This document shows, one piece after another, positions 10,591 to 22,400 of a stretch of DNA of 64,000 nucleotides. Each line of letters starts with the position of its first letter. Within the stretch, counting starts at the first letter, position 1. Source of the stretch: Lama guanicoe (Eukaryota); contig MU053487.1 of assembly GCA_013239625.1 (NCBI GenBank), positions 949,058 to 1,013,057 of the forward strand, read 5' to 3'. The translations under genes and the position numbers were made by a program. A model generated the notes under the pieces. It had not been told where the DNA came from. It searched no databases and saw nothing but the letters and a program-made list of their open reading frames with translations.

Positions 10591-11787
10591 TGTTTGATTA
10601 TTCCCATCCACGCAATTCCATGTAGCATCCAGCAAGCTCCAACTGCATTCTAGGTCCAGGGCTAGTTGCTGGGACTGTAGAGGTAAATGCAGCAGAGTCT
10701 TACTGTAGAGAAATGCAGTGTTTCTTCAAGGAGAAAGACAAATGGAGAATTATAGCACACTGTAATATAGAAGTAAGCCAGAGGGCTGAGGACTGAAGAC
10801 ACACTGGGATTTGTAACCAAATTTGGGATGTGTCGGGAGGAATTCTGGCAGAGATGACAGCTTCATCTTAAAGGAGTGATAAGTCATGGGAAGAATATGG
10901 GGAAAACAGAGGCGGTCAGTCCATATAGAGCTGGTCCAGGGAATTGAGACATCTTTCTCAAGGCTGAGGACAGCTTGCCTGGGACAGCAAAGAGATGTTC
11001 CTAAGGCGCTCTGACTGTGCACCCGTGCCATTCTCATATCTCATTTTGCCTGTCTGGGGGAAATTGTTTGATACTGTCACATAGAAGTTTTAATGTGTGT
11101 GCCAGCTCCAAGATTAGGATAGGAGAACTAGGTATATGGACAAACTACAGCGCCCGTAGTGGGAGACAAGACATATTTTTCTATGTTTGCTGGGGAAGGC
11201 GAATCACTGTTACTTTATTTCATATTTATTATTAAGCAGCACTGTGGAAATGGATTTTTAAAAAATGCAGCCGTAGACTAATGGAGAGAAGAAGATATAT
11301 TAGCCACTAGACAGGTCTTCATCCAGTTTATATATGTTCAATCAGTCCAATGTTCCTTTCTTTGATAGTAATGAGTTCATTTCTCCCCAGAAGTCGGAGT
11401 CCCTGTGTTTTCTCCCTGTTTGTGGTGATCGGGTATTTGGGTTACTCCAGGTAAAACACACTGGAAATGACTTGTAGAAGTAGCTCTTCATGCTCTATGT
11501 GCCATGGGAACCATGCGCTACAGAGACCCCAATCCTCTGGATATAACAGCTGACATTTCCCCTTCCTGTCCTGCGTGGGTATGAGTTCACCCATAATTTT
11601 ACTTCGTGGGGTCATTTGCTGCTTTGGGAAGAAATGTTTTTTTGCTGATAAACATCCCACTATGCATAAATGTCATGCCGAAAAGGTTTCTCTTTTGGGA
11701 GAAATGGCCAAGAGCCCCCAATTTCAACAACTTGATTCATTACAGAAGAGAAACAGACGACAAAACTGCCGAAGTAGTGGCTGGAGT

Positions 11788-11998
11788 GCAGTGTAGTTGA
11801 TTTACAATGTTAGTTTCAGGAGTAGGGCAAAGCTATTCAGTTATACATACATACATATATGTACATATACATATATTTTTAGATAATTTTCCATTATAGC
11901 TTATTACAAGAAGTTGAATATAGTTCCCTGTGCTATATAGTAGGTCCTTGTGGTTTATCTATTTTATATATAGTAATATGTGTCTGTTAATCTGAAAC
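11788..11998 (-). mobile_element. Young lineage-specific L1 3' terminus
   Basis: 'gtagttgatttacaatgttagtttcagg...ttcagttatacata...ttgaatatagttccctgtgctata...gtccttgtggtttatctattttatatatag'. Confidence 0.9.
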
Positions 11999-12399
11999 TT
12001 GTTTCTTAGAAAAGTTTGGTTCAGAATATGAAATTTGGTGTTGATTACAGGGATGAACACTGATTCCCTGTTGCAGATGCCAGTTTTGGGCATAGGGTAA
12101 CTACTTAAAACTAAATCTGGCTGCCACTATTTTTCAATTGTTCCGTGGAGTTTTAGTCTTAGGACAAGCCATCTGTGACCTTGGGATGCAAAGGAACAGC
12201 ATGAAGGAAAGAATGTGTTTATTGAGGCTCTACTAAGTGCACTGGTTATTTCATTTGTTCTTTTCCTAATCGCTGGACTAAGCATTTTACATACACTATC
12301 AGTGCAATTAACACACATTAATGAAAAACATGGAATGAGTCCTTTACTGTGAGGATTAAAAATCATCTCATGCAATTTTTACCACACTATTAAGTCAGA

Positions 12400-12530
12400 C
12401 CTTTCATTATCCAAGGTTTGTAGATGAGCAAATGAGGCTCAGAGAGTTTAAATCGATTGCCAAAGGTGGCACGACTTGTAAATGACAAAGCTGGGATCCA
12501 CAGCTGTGTTTATCTGACTCCAAGCCCATG
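12400..12530 (-). mobile_element. MIR SINE
   Basis: 'tttgtagatgagcaaatgaggctcagagagtttaaatcgattgccaaaggt...tctgactccaagccc'. Confidence 0.8.
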
Positions 12531-12819
12531 CTTGGGACCTCACAGATCACACGGCAGTCACCAAGCAAGGGCTTGTAAAACTGGACTTTTATAGAAGCAG
12601 TGCTGGTGAACTCATTGAGGATGGGCCAGGGCGTGAGGGAGTGATAATCTACAGAATCCCACTCTTTTCCCATGCCTTGATTCATTTAGCAAACACTGCT
12701 TGAGTCTATATCCCTGTCAGTACACTACGTTATGAGATTCAGAGATGAATAACATATGATTATTATCCTGGACTGCCTAGTAGGGAAAATAGAAAGACAG
12801 AGAAACAATCTAGTGATCT

Positions 12820-13320
12820 GAGTAATAATTAACCCAAAACTCAGTGTCTTAAAACAACAATGTTATTATCATCTCTCCTGGTTCTGTGAATGTTGGACTC
12901 AGCTTGGGATCTCTCATGTATTTGTCGACTGATGGTGGTTGAGACAGTTGTCATCTGATCATCTGGAGGCCTATTTATTCACATGTCTGGTTCCTGTGAT
13001 GGCTAGATTACTTGATACCTCTTTCTTTACATGAATTCTCCACATGGCTATCTTTGGATTCCTCAGCATAAAAACCAGGACAGAAGGATTTCTTCCTGGT
13101 GACTGGCTTCTCTTGGAGCAAACCTCCCAAGAGAGAAAGTTGGAAACTGTTTTTTTTCTAACTAAGCCTCAGAAATCAAGAATTGTCACTTGTACTGCCT
13201 TTTGTTGGCTATAAGCAAGCCCAAGTTCATCTTTGATTCAAGAGGTGGGGCTGTACAGACATGAATACTGAGAAGCATAATTCACTGGTAGGGGGGTCAA
13301 ATATGGAGACTAGATACATA
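12820..13320 (-). mobile_element. MaLR MLT1 (H/I-like) solo LTR
   Basis: 'cccaaaactcagtgtcttaaaacaacaatg...tcacatgtctgg...aagcctcagaaatc...tcacttgtactgcctttt gttgg'. Confidence 0.75.
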
Positions 13321-13997
13321 TAGATGGGTGTCTGTCAAGTTCAAGAGCCCTATTGAGGGACAGACCAACTTTACTCCAGGGCAGAGGAAACTCAGCCTGA
13401 CTCTTGACAAAGGTAAAATAGTTCTTGTAAGCCAAGAGGTTAGAGTTTGGGGAAGCCCAAAAAGTTGGGTTGAACAATAGTGTGTGTGAGAGGTATGTAG
13501 CAAGTGACCCAGAGAGCCCAGAGATTAATATCAGCCCGTTCCCTCATGGTCATGCAGGAATGGGCTTTAACAAATAGAAGAGGAATCATTGAAGGTACAG
13601 AAGACCAAAGAGTATCAAGATGAGATTTGCACAGTAGAAGCCCACTCAGTTTGCCGTGTGCAGGATCGGTCTGAGAAGGTAGTAATGGCGTCAGGGAAAC
13701 TGTTGAGTTGGGATGACGAGGACCCTCCAGTTACCAGAATCCACCCTCCTTAGAAGAAAGTAACACATTGCGACTTATAAGTTATAAACTGGTTAGCTGG
13801 AGAGGATAAAGAGGGTTAAGGAGATAGAGGAGTGAATGACCAGTGGGTGGGGCCTCTGCATTGGGCTACTCTCTGGGAGGTTGTGCTGTTGAATGTGGTG
13901 GAGAACACAGAAGCAGGAGGTGCTGATGCATCCAGTCTTGAATTTGTTGATTCTGAGATTCCTGCAGGAAAATACACTGGAGATGCCCTATACACAT

Positions 13998-14390
13998 TGT
14001 GGTGCACACCATTGGTGCCCAGCCCAGATTCCCTTTACAGGGCCAGTACAAATCCTGCTTGGCCGCAGCGAGCACTGATCATTTGCACCTGCACTCTTGT
14101 TCTGGAAATTTTCCTCACCTAGAGTAGCTTGGGAGGTTATACCACTCTCAGGAGGGAGCCCACAGCCAATGACTGGTTGATAACCGGATGCAAAGAGTCA
14201 TCCCCCTTGCTACCAGGTAGGACAACTCTGTGATACCATCTATGCTTTCAAGCTCCCCAGGGGCTCAGCCTAGGTGAGAGTTCAGCCCAGCTCCCATCTT
14301 TGTGCAGTCTCTTCCCCTTCCCTGACTTGCTGCCCTCACCACGAGAGTCTTAAGACTCAGGGCTACTTCTAGCAAAACTGACCTAAGACA
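13998..14390 (+). mobile_element. ERVL LTR16-type solo LTR
   Basis: TG...CA ends: 'tgtggtgcacaccattggtgcccagcccagattccctttac...cacagccaatgactg...ggacaactctgtg...aactgacctaagaca'. Confidence 0.85.
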
Positions 14391-14539
14391 GGACTTTAGA
14401 AGGTAAACTCATCAATAGGTGGTTTGGAGGCACAGCAAGTTCTTTGTGGTGAAACCTGTTCTGAAAAATAGTAGGGCCATCTTGTAAGGTTGAGTTGAGT
14501 TGGGATGTGTGACACATTTAAGAGGCATTGTGAAAATGT

Positions 14540-14865
14540 AGCTTGTAGCAAGGTATGTGGACTGAATTCTGGAACAAGACTACCGGTGTTAATCCCAACT
14601 CTGCTAGTTACTAACTGTATCATCTTCGGCAAGTTTCCTCATCTATAAAATGGGAGAATAATAGTTCCTATACAAAAGAACTGTTGTAAAGGATAAATGA
14701 AGAAAAAAGAAAAAATATTTAAAAAAACAGTAAATGAATTATAATCACTAAAATGTAAAAACACCACAAGAATAATTTTATCTATTATTTTCAATGCTAT
14801 ATTCTCAGCACTTAGAATAAAGTTTGTCACATACTAGATTCTCAATAAATATTTGTTGAGTAAAT
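14540..14865 (+). mobile_element. MIR SINE (with A-rich interruption)
   Basis: 'taatcccaactctgctagttactaactgt...gtttcctcatctataaaatggg...ctcaataaatatttgttga'. Confidence 0.75.
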
Positions 14866-14899
14866 ACATGTAAAACAATTTGAAGAACAGCTGGCACCA

Positions 14900-15470
14900 G
14901 ATTTACTCCCAGGAATTTATCCAAAAAATATACTCACAATAATATAAACCAATGGAAAGATTATTAATTACAGAAATAACAGTAGCTTGTTTAAAGCAAT
15001 ATCTTGTTTGAAATAGCAAAAGATTGGGAAAATATAGACAAATATATTTATACATACACACATATATAATACACTTATCAAAAGATTATATAAATAATTC
15101 ATTTAATGGAATATGATGCAGTCACTAAAGTATGAGGCAGTAGAATATACAGATAAGGAATGATTGCTGACATATATTGTGAAAAAGTAAGATGTAGAAA
15201 AAAGCAAGGTGCTGTGTGTACAGCATAGCATCATTTGTGGAAGAATATATACACATACTTGTAAATATTTATGAGTGCACATATATGCAATATGTACAAA
15301 CACACACACAGAATCCCTGGTAGGATTCCCAGGAATTTGGCAGTAGTGTTCGCCTCTGGGGAAGGGATCTAGTAGTCTGGACTCAGGAGTGGGAAGGAGA
15401 CTTGAGGTACATGCTTTTGATTTTTGCTCCATGGGCAAGGCACGTATATCCTATTTGGAAACAAATCAAC
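14900..15470 (+). mobile_element. Ancient L1ME-type 3' UTR
   Basis: 'ttactcccaggaatttatcc...aatagcaaaagattgg...atggaatatgatgcagtc...tggcagtagtgttcgcctctggggaaggg'. Confidence 0.65.
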
Positions 15471-15627
15471 CAATTCACAATCTTTAAAAGAAAGCATTGA
15501 TATTACCCAGGAGTTGGCTGCCTAGGGGCAGATGAGAGAGTGGGTGTATTCTCAATCATCCAACAGCCACAGGCATCCTACTCAAAGTACCTTTGTGGCC
15601 ATAGGGCTGGTAAGAATGTGGCATTTT

Positions 15628-15646
15628 TCTGCACCAGGGGGCGCCA
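15628..15646 (+). promoter_or_regulatory. Candidate CTCF binding site
   Basis: tctGCACCAGGGGGCGCCA; 13 consecutive bases (15632-15644) match the core consensus CACCAGGGGGCGC; located in non-repeat sequence. Confidence 0.7.
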
Positions 15647-15874
15647 AGCCCTTTACCTGGCAAATCCCCTGTGAAATGACCTCTAAAGATTGATTACAGC
15701 TCAGCCTTCCACTCCTCTGGCTTGGAAAATTAGATTGAATACCATTATTAATTTTGATTATCAGACCTGAATTCTCTGTAAGCTCACTTAGCAGGCAGAC
15801 AGCCTCAAGCCTTTCATAAATAATGCCCCCGAGATCTGCCTTCTTATGGAGATGGAGGCACTTGAGGGTAGGAC

Positions 15875-16050
15875 AGAAGTGCCTACTATGTGTTCGGACC
15901 CCTACTGGGTAGCTGACTTGTACATCCTGTTACTTAATCCTCTCACCACATCTTCTAAGTAGGTATCCTTATCTCTATTTAAATAACAAACAGGCTTAGG
16001 TGGTTAAATGGCTTGCTCGTGGATACAAAAGCGAGGAGGCACAGAACAGA
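15875..16050 (-). mobile_element. MIR SINE
   Basis: 'gtgcctactatgtg...acttaatcctctcacca...aggcttaggtggttaaatggcttgctc'. Confidence 0.65.
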
Positions 16051-16995
16051 TGCTAACAAGTGCACATGGGCTTATGGATAATCACTATTTTGTTTGAAGG
16101 AAAAATGCACAAGAGATTCATAAAAAATATCAAGAAGAGGGAAGCCACTGGCTTGCCAAAAAATGTTCTGGATGACCAGGAAAATGGTGTTTTCCTTGAG
16201 TAAAACATCTTCCCTTGATCCCTTGCGTGCTGGAGGGACCACGATGTTTGAGAAGGGAGAGCTGTCCTCCGAGTGTCTCTCAGTGGTACTGGGGGTGCTG
16301 TACCTTCCATGCCGACTGAAAAATCATGACTTTTTTTTTTTTGAGGAGGAGCAATCTCTGATGTCATCTCAACTTGGGTAGGTCACTCTTACCTAAAGGT
16401 GGATGGTCCTGTGACCCATGGAGGGGAAAAGAGATAGTTAGGTCACACAGGTATGTTGCAAGTTAGGGCCACCAGCTTGGTCTTTGGATTTTGTTTTACC
16501 AGTTCTTCCTACGGCTGGATCTTACCTCAGCTTTACAAAGGCCACATTCCTCTTGGATCTAGTCTTACAGACCCTGAAACAGCCCCCTTATTTATTCTGG
16601 GTTCCCTTCCTTTTGAATCACTATGTTCTTCATTGGTGACTCAGCCTATGAATGTGGAAGTGATCTATCAATTTAAAAAATACATAATTTTTAGCTACTT
16701 TTTTTTGTAAATAGTAATTTCCAGCTTTCTCCAAAGTACATTAGAAATGTCTCCTGAGAAAAGACTGAGTCTTTTATTTGCTTTGGCCTTTCTAGACTTC
16801 TTTATTTTGTGACAAGCACGAAAGTAGGTACCTACCCTGGCTTACCGGATTGAGTAGTGATCTGGCATTCATTTAAAAGACCTGCACAGAATCCAGGGTG
16901 ACAGTACTGTTGTGTGTATTCTACTGGGGTGTGGATTACCAGTAGAATATCAAACAGGAACCTGAGAACTACAGGTTGGAAAGTGGTATTGCTTC

Positions 16996-17488
16996 TGTGG
17001 TAGGCAGAGTTCTAAAACGGCCCCCAGGATTCCATCTCTTAGTGTATGTTGCATGTAGAATCCCTTCCCTTTCATTGTGGGGCATTCCCATGGTTGCATT
17101 GTATGGCAAAGAAGAAGGGACTTTACAGATGTAATTAAGGTCCCTAGTTCATTTGACTAGAGACATTACCTGGGTAGGCCTGACCTAGTCGGGTAAGCCC
17201 TTTCAAAGGCCTTCCCTGAAGTCAGAGAGATTCTGCTGCTGGCTTTGAGTTGTTTAGCTTCAAGGAAATAAATTCTGCCAACAATCATGTGAGTTTAGAA
17301 GAAGACTCTGAGCTTCAAATGAGACCCCAGACTGGCCGATATATTGATTGTAGCCTTGTGAGAGCCTGGGTGGAGGACTCAGCTAAGCTGTGCCCAGACA
17401 TCTGCCCTGTAGATACTGGCATAATACATGGGTTTTAATTTGTAATTTTTAAGTTTGTAATTTGGTACCCAGCCTAGAAAACTAATAA
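16996..17488 (+). mobile_element. MaLR MLT1E-like solo LTR
   Basis: 'tgtggtaggcagagttctaaaacggccccca...gggactttacagatgtaattaaggtccc...aaggaaataaattctgccaacaa...gaggactcagctaagctgtgcccagac...agaaaactaata'. Confidence 0.85.
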
Positions 17489-17839
17489 AGCTCCTGTGTT
17501 TGTAGAAGGAATTTAGGCCTTACCTTGTGTGATTGACAAGCTGTCCTACACGTAGTTTTTTCCATTTTTTCTCTACTGAAATTTGAACATATATTTTTTT
17601 TTGTGATAATATTCGAGAACAAGAACCTATATCACTTCAGGTGCCTTTGTATAGTATTTTTCAAATTACTTCATTTCCTTATGGCTCCCTTTGTTCACCT
17701 GTGAATTTGGAGTGACTCTATGATTGGTATGTAAGCTGGCCCATTGGGCAGTACTGGCCAGGAGGTTGGTGTGGTGAGGAGTTTCTCCAAACAGAGCAGT
17801 AATCTATGGGTCTTATCAGATGTGTTGCATTGTTGCATT

Positions 17840-18010
17840 GGACAGAGCTGAATTTGCAGTCCAAAGAGCAACATTCACATTCTTACTCCATTTAACAGCC
17901 ATGTGACCTTGAGGCAAACCATTTAATTTTTCTGATCCCTGTTTTTTCATCTCTAGAGTTAGGGTTAATAACAGGCTGGTGGTGAGAACCAAATGAGCTA
18001 TTGTGTATCA
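17840..18010 (+). mobile_element. MIR SINE
   Basis: 'agccatgtgaccttgaggcaaaccatttaa...gttttttcatct...gtgagaaccaaatgag'. Confidence 0.65.
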
Positions 18011-18909
18011 GTCGTATGGTCACCTCAAATTTGCTTTAATCTTGTCTAGGTCAGTTCCTCCCTTATAGACTTTGGAGTGTTCTCACCCTCCTGATCGCTT
18101 GGATTCTTCTAGTTAATGCTGGGAGGAAGCTTTACCAACAGGGTTTTATTGGGAATGGGAAATTAGGTGACAAAGACAAGGAAAAATTTCCATTTCCTTT
18201 CAGAGCAAAATGCCACCCTATTCTATTTCAGTGAAGAATAAAGGAATTTGAATAAAATGTCAGTTTCCTTCTGAACTAATTTGGAAAATATAATGACATG
18301 CACAGTCTCAGTTGAGCACATGAATATTCATAATTAAAAATGAAATTATCCTTTTTTCAGATTGTAAAAGTGAACAGAAATCCCCAAGGGTGTCCAGGGC
18401 CAGAAGAGCTGTTCATTTTAAGAAAAATTGTAAGGAGATTCTAAAATACAAAAGCAATATATTAAAAACTACAACAGATGATGGGTGAGGGGTGGTAAAA
18501 CTGCATTAGACTGATGGTGTCCTCTCCATCCTTTCTTTGGGGCTCAGAGGACAGAGGAGTTCCTCACCTGCCGGAGGGAAGGGGCTTTGAAGACAAGTTC
18601 TGGCTGCTGGCGTCCCCATCCCACTCCATCACCCTGCCTCTGGCCTCGGGTCACACACACACATTTTGTTTTGCAGACACACTGAAGCTCTACCTCTTCA
18701 AAGTTCAATATAGTAGGATACCGAGCATAGTAGAAACTAAGCATGATGCGCACCTAGAGGAAGAGTAGGATGCTTGCGGCGGGCTGTGGGGTAGCCTTGG
18801 TAGGTACTATACCCATGTTACAGAAGTGCAAACTAAGACTGAGATTGTTGTGTGTGCTGTTCTTGATGACTATTAGAAGATATATTCCTATAATTTATGT
18901 TTACTCTAA

Positions 18910-19038
18910 TTTTTTTAGAGGGAGGAGTTAATGAGTTTTGTTTGTTTGTTTGTTTATTCAGTGGAGGCACTGGGGATTGAACCCAGGACCTCAGATATGC
19001 TAATCTTGCACTCTACCACTGAGCTGTACGTTCCCCTT
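18910..19038 (-). mobile_element. tRNA-derived SINE, vic-1-like (camelid)
   Basis: 'tggaggcactggggattgaacccaggacctc...ctctaccactgagct'; (TTTG)n tail plus 'gggaggagttaat' tail module; flanking 'ttatgttta' duplicated (18895 and 19040). Confidence 0.85.
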
Positions 19039-20365
19039 CTTATGTTTATTTTTAAATTAAACTGTCTTTCCAGGATATTTCCTTTTAGTTAGTACTAAGA
19101 GAGATCCACATTGTTGCGGGGGAAGAAATAGTCAGACCACAGGTGTGGGGTCTGGACTGTGTGGCCTTGGGTAAGGTCCAGTTTCTGGATCCACAATCTT
19201 GCTTGGACAATTTTGTAGTTGAACTAGATGACCATTAAAGAGATTCTTCTAGCTCCACATTCTGTGACTGTGATTCCACTTCTCTTTATGTTTGAGTTTT
19301 CCAAGCATTATAAAGCTGTTCATTTCTGTGGGCCCAAGGGAGGGAGTCATTTGGGGGAAAAAAGCCAAGACTTGTGTCAGTTAGAACCTTTTCCCCTAAA
19401 CAGTCTGCTCTGCTTTCTGCTCAAATCCAGGGAAGCCATTACTTCTGCTTCGCCTTAGTAAAATGGGGGAATGGCTAAGGTGACCTGTTGTAGATTATTG
19501 AGCTTAATTGAGATACACACAAATTGACTGAAAAGGTAGAGCGGTTTAATTAGCCTAGCAACTCTGCAGTTTCTTCCAGAAGCCTTGGGGAAGCATGGGT
19601 TTCTTTTCTTTTTCATCCACTTGCTTCTTTGAAGTTAATGGTTTCTTCCTGTAATAGTGCCATGATAGACTTTCCTGGACACCACCCACATCCATTATTC
19701 CAGTGACAGTGCCTTAATTGAAATGACATCTTAAAATTATTTCTTTAAAATTCATTGTTTAATTCAGTAAATTTAATATTAATTAACGCCAACTGCCCTG
19801 GTGTTTTGGTCCCCCATTTGTCACTCTCTCAGCTCCATACAGGAAATAATAGGTCTATTCTATTTCATTTTACAGGACTTATTTTACTTTAGAGTTCAGA
19901 TTCGCTGGTGTAGCAGGAATGGGAATTCAAAATGGCTTTGTATTTTGTAATGATCAGGCACTTGGAAAAGAGAAGGAAGAGAGGAGGAAGATGGTGAGGA
20001 GGGGGAAGGAGAGAAGAGGAAAAGTTAGTTGCTAGATGCTACTCATCTGTGGGGGAGCCTTGGTGTTGGGGGAAACACCAAAAGTCAAGACTTGGGGTCA
20101 CAACTGTCAATCGGGGCTCAGGGTAACCTCAGGTAGCCATCCACCTCAAAAGGCTTGTTCTATTTGTATAACATTCAAAATGAGATTATGTGTGTGTATA
20201 TGCAAATACAGTTAACTCTATTTTTCCAGCCCTGTGGGAACATATGTATACTTAATCAAATAATGTTGTAACAAAGAATTATCATGCAGCTTGTTGATGC
20301 AATGAAATTTTGTAAGAATTAGGCTATGCTAGGAATGTAGCTATTGAGTCTTTAATGGTTAAACA

Positions 20366-20808
20366 TGGTCTTAGGTTGCATTCCCCAGAAGACTGAGTTC
20401 AGGATTTAAGAGAAATTGCTTTTTTGAAAGGTGTTCAAAAAAAGCACCCGAAGGTGAGGCATGAAACGAAGATAGCCCAAAAAACAGTACATTTTTTAGT
20501 CAGTTACCACATGGGTAGCTGGAGCTCAGCCCTACTTGGGGGCTCTGTGAGATGGTGCCGAACACATCTCCAAATTATGCCTCCCAAGGGGTGAGGAGAT
20601 GGGTGTCTATCCTCCAGATCCTGTCTGTTGTCATAGAGGGCTGTTCCTGGGGCACTAGCCCCCGCCATCCTACCTGCCCAATGTATGTGGGCTAAGAGAA
20701 AGCTTCTGAGAGGAGAGGAGTAGGTGCTTGCTTTACGTTGCAACAGGTATGAAATGGAAAGGTGAGTACCAAAGGGATACAGTTGGGGCACCAACAGTGT
20801 CTGTTACT
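20366..20808 (-). mobile_element. ERVL LTR33-like solo LTR
   Basis: 'gtcttaggttgcattccccagaag...ttaccacatgggtagctggagctcag...gagggctgttcctgggg...ggggcaccaacagtgtctgttact'. Confidence 0.75.
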
Positions 20809-20974
20809 GTTAATATTTCGTGTCTTGTCAGGCTCAGTTATCATCTGAGGTTAGAACTGGGGGCTTACAGATCCTGGGACAGACTGCTTTGGGGCCATGG
20901 TTACCAGATAGTACAAGTACTCATCATGCTTTAAGATTTCTCAGCCAGCCATGATTTATTTGTGTGGTGTGTGT

Positions 20975-21140
20975 GTCAGTGTTCTGCCCAGCTCCACAGT
21001 ACACCCATCCCTGGCTTCCATGAGTGTTGGCTGCTAAAGGCTTACAGCTGCCACTTTGTCCAGATGATGGCCATTGGCTGACATGATTTGTCTGACCAAG
21101 GAGGTTATACCCTGAGGGCACAGCCAGTGACTCAGAGCCC
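20975..21140 (+). mobile_element. ERVL LTR16-type 5' fragment
   Basis: 'acacccatccc...tgagtgttggctgctaaaggcttacagctgcc...gaggttatac...cagccagtgact'. Confidence 0.65.
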
Positions 21141-21434
21141 TGATTTAGCACTGTCCGTCATCTGAGAGGATTGTTCATTCTATCTATAACAGCAGTCATC
21201 CATTTATACTCCGAGTAGCATTGATGCCCTGTCTGTGCCTTTTGGCCTCAGACTCCACAGTATTTGCCAAACAGAAAATGTCTGTTTATTATGCTATAGT
21301 AGTTTTATGGGCCTTTAAGAAGACCACCAGATACTAGCAGAGTAGGTGGGTAGGTGGAATTCATGTGTCTATATTTGGGCCCAGAGTGTGTAATATTAAT
21401 GCATACTAAGCTGAGGACAGAAGGCAGTGCACAT

Positions 21435-21570
21435 ATTTTAGAGATAAGGAAATCGAAGCCTAGCTATTTCATTAACTTGCACAAGCTCATACAGCTTGTC
21501 AATTGGTAGATTTGGGATTTGAATCAGGCCTTTCCAGACACAATGACCATGTTTTCTCCACACTGTTGCT
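21435..21570 (-). mobile_element. MIR SINE
   Basis: 'attttagagataaggaaatcgaagcc...aacttgcacaagctcatacagc...gggatttgaatcagg'. Confidence 0.7.
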
Positions 21571-22119
21571 CAAGGATAACTTCATGTCTGACTGCAACCT
21601 TGAGACAGGGAGAGAAATTGTGGCAGCTGCAGAATCCCTGTTTCCAAGGGTCCTATAATTTCAAGAGTAAATGGCTGTAGCCAGTAAACAGTGGGGGTGG
21701 GCTCTGGTTCATCTCAGCTCTATTGGTCATGTGATCTCCAGATCACATGAGAGCCCTGCAGACTTGGTAATGCCCTCTGATTAGCAGGCCAGCCTGACAT
21801 ATATCAGTGGAGGGTCCCTGGGACTCCTTGCTCAACACAGACTGATCATCTTGATTCTCTTGCTGAGTGCAATCAGATCTCTTATTTATAGTTTAAAAGA
21901 CCTCATAGTGTCTTGGGGCCAGTGTAATGCATGCCTTTAATCATCAAGTAATATGGAGAAAGATTCCTTTACCATGGGACTGTTGAACTTATGTTGTCAG
22001 ACAAGAAATAGGGTCTCCATGTTAGGCTTCCATGTTTTGGAATCAGGAAGGCTCTGACAACATGGGGTCTCCAGATCGTTTCAAGAAGCGATTGGGTTTG
22101 CTCTGTGCTTTTTACCTGA

Positions 22120-22400
22120 CTTTCATTTAAATTCTACAAACATTTGCTGAACACCTACCAAGTGCCAGGCACCACACTAGGCCCTGGGGAAACAACAAAG
22201 ATAAAGATATCTTGCTTCCATTCTTGGAGAGAAGCCTAGCAAATAAACAACAAGTATTATACATAGCAGAAAGAATTGAGGGCTAATTAGTCATTCCTGC
22301 ACCCAGCTGTGGGAACCCAGAAGGACAAGTGGTTAATTCTGACTGCAGGGGATTTGGAAGTGGCATTGAAGGATGAACACAATGTTGATAGACAAGGAAA
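22120..22400 (-). mobile_element. L2 3' fragment
   Basis: 'caaacatttgctgaacacctaccaagtgccaggcaccacactaggccctgggg'. Confidence 0.65.

Noticed and set aside
19877..19940. Exon after the acceptor-like 'ttcattttacag'
   Set aside because: There is no convincing downstream donor and no recognisable peptide.
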